This document shows, piece by piece, positions 58,801 through 64,000 of a DNA stretch of 64,000 nt. Under the pieces are notes generated by a model, which saw only the letters and a program-made list of their open reading frames with translations, did not search any database and was not told the origin of the DNA. How positions within the stretch are numbered: position 1 is the stretch's first letter; every line of letters starts with the position of its first letter. Origin of the DNA: Yuukianura sp. NJ FZ-2021 (lineage: Eukaryota); contig CM102289.1 of assembly GCA_046563655.1 (NCBI GenBank), positions 5,146,001-5,210,000 of the forward strand. Direction: 5' to 3'. Position numbers and translations under genes: made by a program.

Positions 58801-61800
58801 ACATTAAAGTTTGGCTTCATTTTCAAAATACTGTGTTCTAAACATTGAAATTTTCGCGCTCAAAGAAAGTCTCAAATTACTGTCCTTCTGCTGACACTAT
58901 TCAAGCACGTGACTTGTTCTTCATGAAAAACTTTTGGCTGAGGCGATATGCGAAGACCATCAACATCAACCCACGCTGAAAGAAAACTCTGTAAAACAAA
59001 ATCTTCTGGAAAGATCACGTCTTGTGACCTTTGACCTCTTCAGAAGCAAGGTTCTTTTCTTAAGTGAAGCTTAAGTTGACACTTGACATTACAAGTGGTG
59101 AAAGACAAAATTTAAACTATTTGAACATCGGAAAGAATTTCATACTAAAAAGACATAAAGGAATTGATTTTCAAAATTCAAACAAACTTTTCAAAATGTA
59201 CTCTGTGACGCTTTTTGCTTGCTTTTCTCTCTGGATAACTCTAACAATTTCTGGTAAGTTGGAAACTTTCTTCTTTTAATATTTTTGTGACGCAAGGCTA
59301 GTTTGAATTTTATTGGCTTGCAATTTAGGTCAAAGACAATAATTTTGTAACCAACGCCTCCAAGTTAAACCCAATTCAGTTGATCACAGGGTTGAAGATG
59401 AAGAAAACAAATTTTCAAAATAATGGTTGGAAAAGGGTCAATTTTAGTATTTTTTTGAAAGAACTTTTTAATGCCAACTTTTTCCAACTTTGAGTTTCAT
59501 TCTCAAAGGTTTCACTTTCGTTCTTGTTTTCTCAGGGAGCTACTTTCTTCACAACTTTTTTTTCCTTGTTATACACAGCCTTCTATTTTATTTTTCCTGT
59601 CTTCGCAATGGTAAGAACCAAGGTTCTGGCTCTACTAAGAAAACTTAAAAAAAAGCATTTTTCTGAAACAATTCTTCAGATTTTTTTGGAGGAAAAAAGT
59701 TTGAAAAAAGAAAAGTACTTTCTCTTCAAAATTTTTTTTTCAAAAAAGAGTTTCACTAATCCAACTTTCTCAGTTTGGTCACGGAGTGCCAATTTAGGTG
59801 AAATCGGAAAGGTTCTTTTTCTTCAAATTCTGAAAGTTGGAGCATCGTATTGAACCATTTCCCATTTCTGTATTCAATTGGTGACAGTTTGGGAGACAAC
59901 GAGAAAAGGACATTTACTTTCAATGAAAGAACATGTTCCATTTCCTTATTTTCAAAAAACGGTTTCATGAAAAAATCTTTACGCTTTCTACGCTTAACCT
60001 TCAACCATTCAACATTGACCTTACAATAAGGACAAGTCTGAAGGTAAAGCAGAAAACTACTCTAAAGCAGAAAGTGGAAATTCGTTTTTTGAAGAAAGCG
60101 ACGACTTGAGTAAATATTCCACAGCACCAGTCAAGAAAGCTCTGCTTTCAGTTCAAAAGGGTGTGAAAATTGCAATGACGAGTTTCTGTATGATTTATAA
60201 GGCGTCTGTAGGGACACTAGATGGAGAAAGGAAGAAAAAAGCGGGAGAGGAAAATTCAAAAACCTTTTGTGAGAACATGTCAAGAATAATTCGTACAAAA
60301 AAGAAAAATTGGGACAAGAGGCGGGCGTGTGGCAGTTTGGAGAAAAAAAAAGAAAGGTTGATGGCGGTAAAAGAAAAATAAGGGCGGCGATTTTGAATTT
60401 GAGACACAAATTTGTCGTGGATTTGTTAGAGTCACGCCGTAATTTGGTTTTGGGCAGACGTGTACAAACTGTTAAGAAAAAAAAGAGGATATATGCAAGA
60501 AAAGTAGCACCACGTTTTCCTTGTTGAACAAAAACAGTTTTGGAGAAAGTTGGGAAACCTTCGAGTTTTTTCTTTCTTTTCGAAAAGATCAAAGAATATT
60601 TGGGCTGCGTGCGTCCAATTTTTTTTCCAGAACAAGAAAAAAGTTTAAGGAGACAAAACGCCAGTGCGCCTCGAACGCTCGTCGACGCTAACCCTTAAGC
60701 GTAAGCGCTAACTTTAAGCTTCATGGCTCGGTTTTGTTAGAAAAGACCTGTCCAGGAAAAAATGATCAAAGTACGTGTTTCCGCCGGCTTCCTTTCGTTT
60801 TTGAAAATGCCCGCGCTGTTCCTCTACTCTTGCTTAGTACGGACGTAGTACATAACAACTTTTCAGTTTCAGAGGGAAAAATTGGACGCCAAGGAAATGA
60901 TAATGGTGAAAGTCCATTTTCTTTCCTCTTTTCATGGACTTTGGCTTTGGTCATATTCATTTTTCCACTAAGCTTAGCTCCCATGCTCATGTCCTCCATC
61001 TTAAAACTTGGATTCCATTTTTCTTTTTTCAAATTTTCCCTCTCGTATACTTTTTTCCCTGCCCGCCTTCCCGTATAATTTACTCTCACTTTCCTTTTAG
61101 ACCTAATGCTCCGTTCAAACGTGACGAAAAAGTTACCATGGCTTAAACGACAGAAAAAGTTGCTTTCTTTTTTTTTTACTAAAAAAAGTCAAGTACTCTC
61201 CACGCAGCAGGGTGAACTTTCTCGTTTCAAGGGCTTCGCCTTAACCTGAATTTCAATTTAAAAAAGAATATTAGCTTTTCGTTCAAATTTGAGAATTAAC
61301 TCTTCAAACGATCTCAAAACGAAAAAGAAACACAAAACAGCACGCTTTTTTTAAACCGGTGCGCATGCTTTCTATTTGCGTTCAAAATGTGTAAAAATTG
61401 AAAACCTGTCAGAGGTAACTCCATACGCTAAAAAGAAGCAGAGATGAAGTTACCTTTTGTTCCTTTGTAAAACATGACTTTAATGCTTGCCCTTCGTGAC
61501 ACGAAAGGAGACACCGATGACATTCGTGTTCATTAGGGTTGTGTGGTGAGTTTTCTTTGTTAAGTTATGAAGAGGCTTCTGTGGTGGATTCTTTAGTCTT
61601 GATCATTAGACCTTCTGGAAGGTTTCTTTAGTGATTGGTGGTGGTTTCCCGGGTAGCTTCGAAGTCTCTTCATCAACAACTTGCTCAAGACGTCTGCTTG
61701 ACAGCCGCCTCAACTTTCTCCTGCCAGCTCAGCAGCAGGCACGTGGAGAGCCCAATGAACTCAGCCCTATACTTCGACTGGGCCTCAGAGTAACTCGTCT

Positions 61801-64000
61801 CTGTCTCAAAGTCCTCTCGTCCCAAATGGAAATGAAATATGGTTCCAGAGCATATCTCTGCTCCAACGCTATTCATTAACCATCAAAATGGTGGTGGTGG
61901 TGGCTCAAGAGAACCACCAAAGTGGTGGGTCCACAGGAACCATCAACATGATGGCTTCTTCTAGAGAGTCTACCATCATCCTTCTTCCACTCTTGTTTGT
62001 GTCTTTAGAGATTTCTTGAAGGGTCTGCAGGAAAAACAGAATTTGGATTTTGTCAAAATAAAATCAATTGACAAATACCTCTTGCCTTTGTGTCACATTT
62101 TCTGAGAATCCGCGACAAGACTGTACCGCAGATGAAAATTTTCTTTTCAAAGTGACATTGTTGACGTCAGAAGGCGACTTTTTGGACGTCACAAACTACA
62201 ATAGAGAAATGGAAATGTTTGGACGAAATTGTTTTCTTAGAAAACATTTGTTCCTCTCCATACCTTCTTCAAAAGTACTCTTTTTGTGTAAATATTTCAT
62301 TGCCAAAGGTGTAACTTTTATTTGTACTTTTTTCTGTGCAATGTACTTTGTAATGTATCTGCAAAAGGGATGAAACTATTTTTCAAAAGTTTTGCAATTC
62401 AAACAACCTTGCACTTTATTTTTCCAATAAACGTCCTACAGCTTGGTGTTTATATAATTGGTATTGATTAGACTGTGTCATCTCTTTCCTACACATTGCA
62501 ATTTTGTTTGTGGAAGTTTAAAAAATTTTGCGTCGATATGGTATGGGTATTACTGGCTATGGGACTTTCACCAGAAAAGTTCAAGACCATAAGCCCTCAC
62601 AGACAGCACGAACCGCTTCGGTTAGTTAATTTTGAATTTACAAAATTTTTGATTCCCAACGCCCTTACCACAAAAGAGAGAGAGCGGGTTGTCAAGCTCG
62701 GTTTGACATTTATGATCCAACTGAAAATTGGAACTCTGCGCGCGCGACCGCTTTCGTCGTTGTCACTGACAGGTCGTGCCTTTAGTTAGGTGAAAGTTAA
62801 CATATAGAAGAAGCCCTGGTTTTGGCCAGCGCAGGGATTGCAATTCATGGAGTCATTAAATGGAGATCAATTCAGCCGTCAGAGTTGGCCATAGTCATTT
62901 CGGATTATAGCTGAGCTTCACACTTTGTTTCACTTTTGGGAGTGGGGGCGAGGAGCACCTCTCCCCCTTATATTCAACCCCGCCACAAAAGTTTATGACA
63001 CGCTTCAGCATCCGCTTTTTGAAATGAAAGTTTGATGCTTGCAATGCCACGCCCTAGTTTTGCAAACGGCAAGGAATGACACAGTCGAGATTTGACTTTT
63101 GGCGCGTGAGTTTTTGTTGTTGTCGTTCATATTTCTTCCGGTTACATTACAGTTTTTGAAGCCAGGAAACAAGTCGTTGATCACCAACTTCCACTCATCT
63201 TTGACCTCATTTTCAAAACTGGCGGGAATAATATGCTCTAACCCTGGAGTAGGACGGAGGCAGGCGGGAAAATCTCAATTCAAAACTTTTGTGTACAAAA
63301 AATTTTCTCCAACGGCCATGAATTTATTTGAGCTGCTACTCTGTGGTGGCAAACCACTTTTTGAGCGCTGTTTTGCCCAAATGCTTTTAGTTATCTCAGG
63401 TTTTCAGCAGCGTTTTCCTCTTTTTTTCTGCATTTTGAATTTTCTTCAGGAAATTTTGGTGAGTCGATGTTTGTTTTTCTGCTGGATTGTGCGCATGCCC
63501 ATATTTGCATCATATTTGTTTGGGCATATTAATTTGGCACAGGAGGCCTGGTTTCCCTATTTAAAAATCATGAGGTTTGACTTTCACTTTGATTAATTTC
63601 TGGTGGAAGACGGGAGGTTTTATTTTCTGTAGGAATAGAAAGGAGGGTCATTGAAAGTTTAGAACGTGAAGGCACAGAAAGTGGACAAATGAAAAAAAGA
63701 AAGTAAAGCACTTTAGGAAATTAAGTTGATGGGAACAAAAGAGTCGAAAGAAAACGGAGTTCAGGAAATGCTATATCATGATCACCACGTTAAAGAAACG
63801 GAGAAGAGGCTATGGGGGTAACGAGTTTGAGTTTCTCAGAAGGCAGGCCTTACGCATTGCCGTCCATCAATTATGCAAAATTTGGTCCAGAAAAGGCGCG
63901 AGTTGACCTTCGTCAAAACCGTGTCCTTTTTCAAAAGCTCATTGTCAACACTAACCGTTTCTACTCAACAATCAACTTCATTCTAATTCCATTTGAACTT

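Noticed and set aside
47060..64000. Conserved microRNA hairpins in the gene-poor region
   Set aside because: By eye I found no match to the conserved bilaterian or arthropod mature miRNAs I recall. Lineage-specific ones cannot be excluded.

Overview
AT-rich, intron-containing animal genomic DNA, most likely an arthropod or related invertebrate (inferred from a viking-type collagen IV and an invertebrate-type MBD2/3). In order: the last two exons of a tyrosine kinase (+); a multi-exon OATP/SLCO transporter (+, 7.2-11.2 kb); a convergent, roughly 57-exon collagen IV gene (-, 12.5-25.8 kb) whose large introns mostly hold non-autonomous DNA transposons or a foldback palindrome; a composite Helentron/HINE-like repeat; a tRNA-Lys(CTT); a compact housekeeping cluster (coilin, DNA ligase IV, MBD2/3, RPP21, SNX27); an astacin metalloprotease; an IFI27/ISG12-like gene; and about 17 kb with no convincing gene. 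The most notable observations are an Arg-to-Trp change at an invariant methyl-CpG-reading residue of MBD2/3, strong enrichment of AGGTCA direct repeats that also occur inside the HINE-like elements, a collagen IV gene with no head-to-head partner, a tRNA-Lys remodelled by compensatory changes, and a possible spliced orphan transcript antisense to the LIG4 3' end. I found no evidence for a new multi-gene system. All exon boundaries were read by eye and are approximate.
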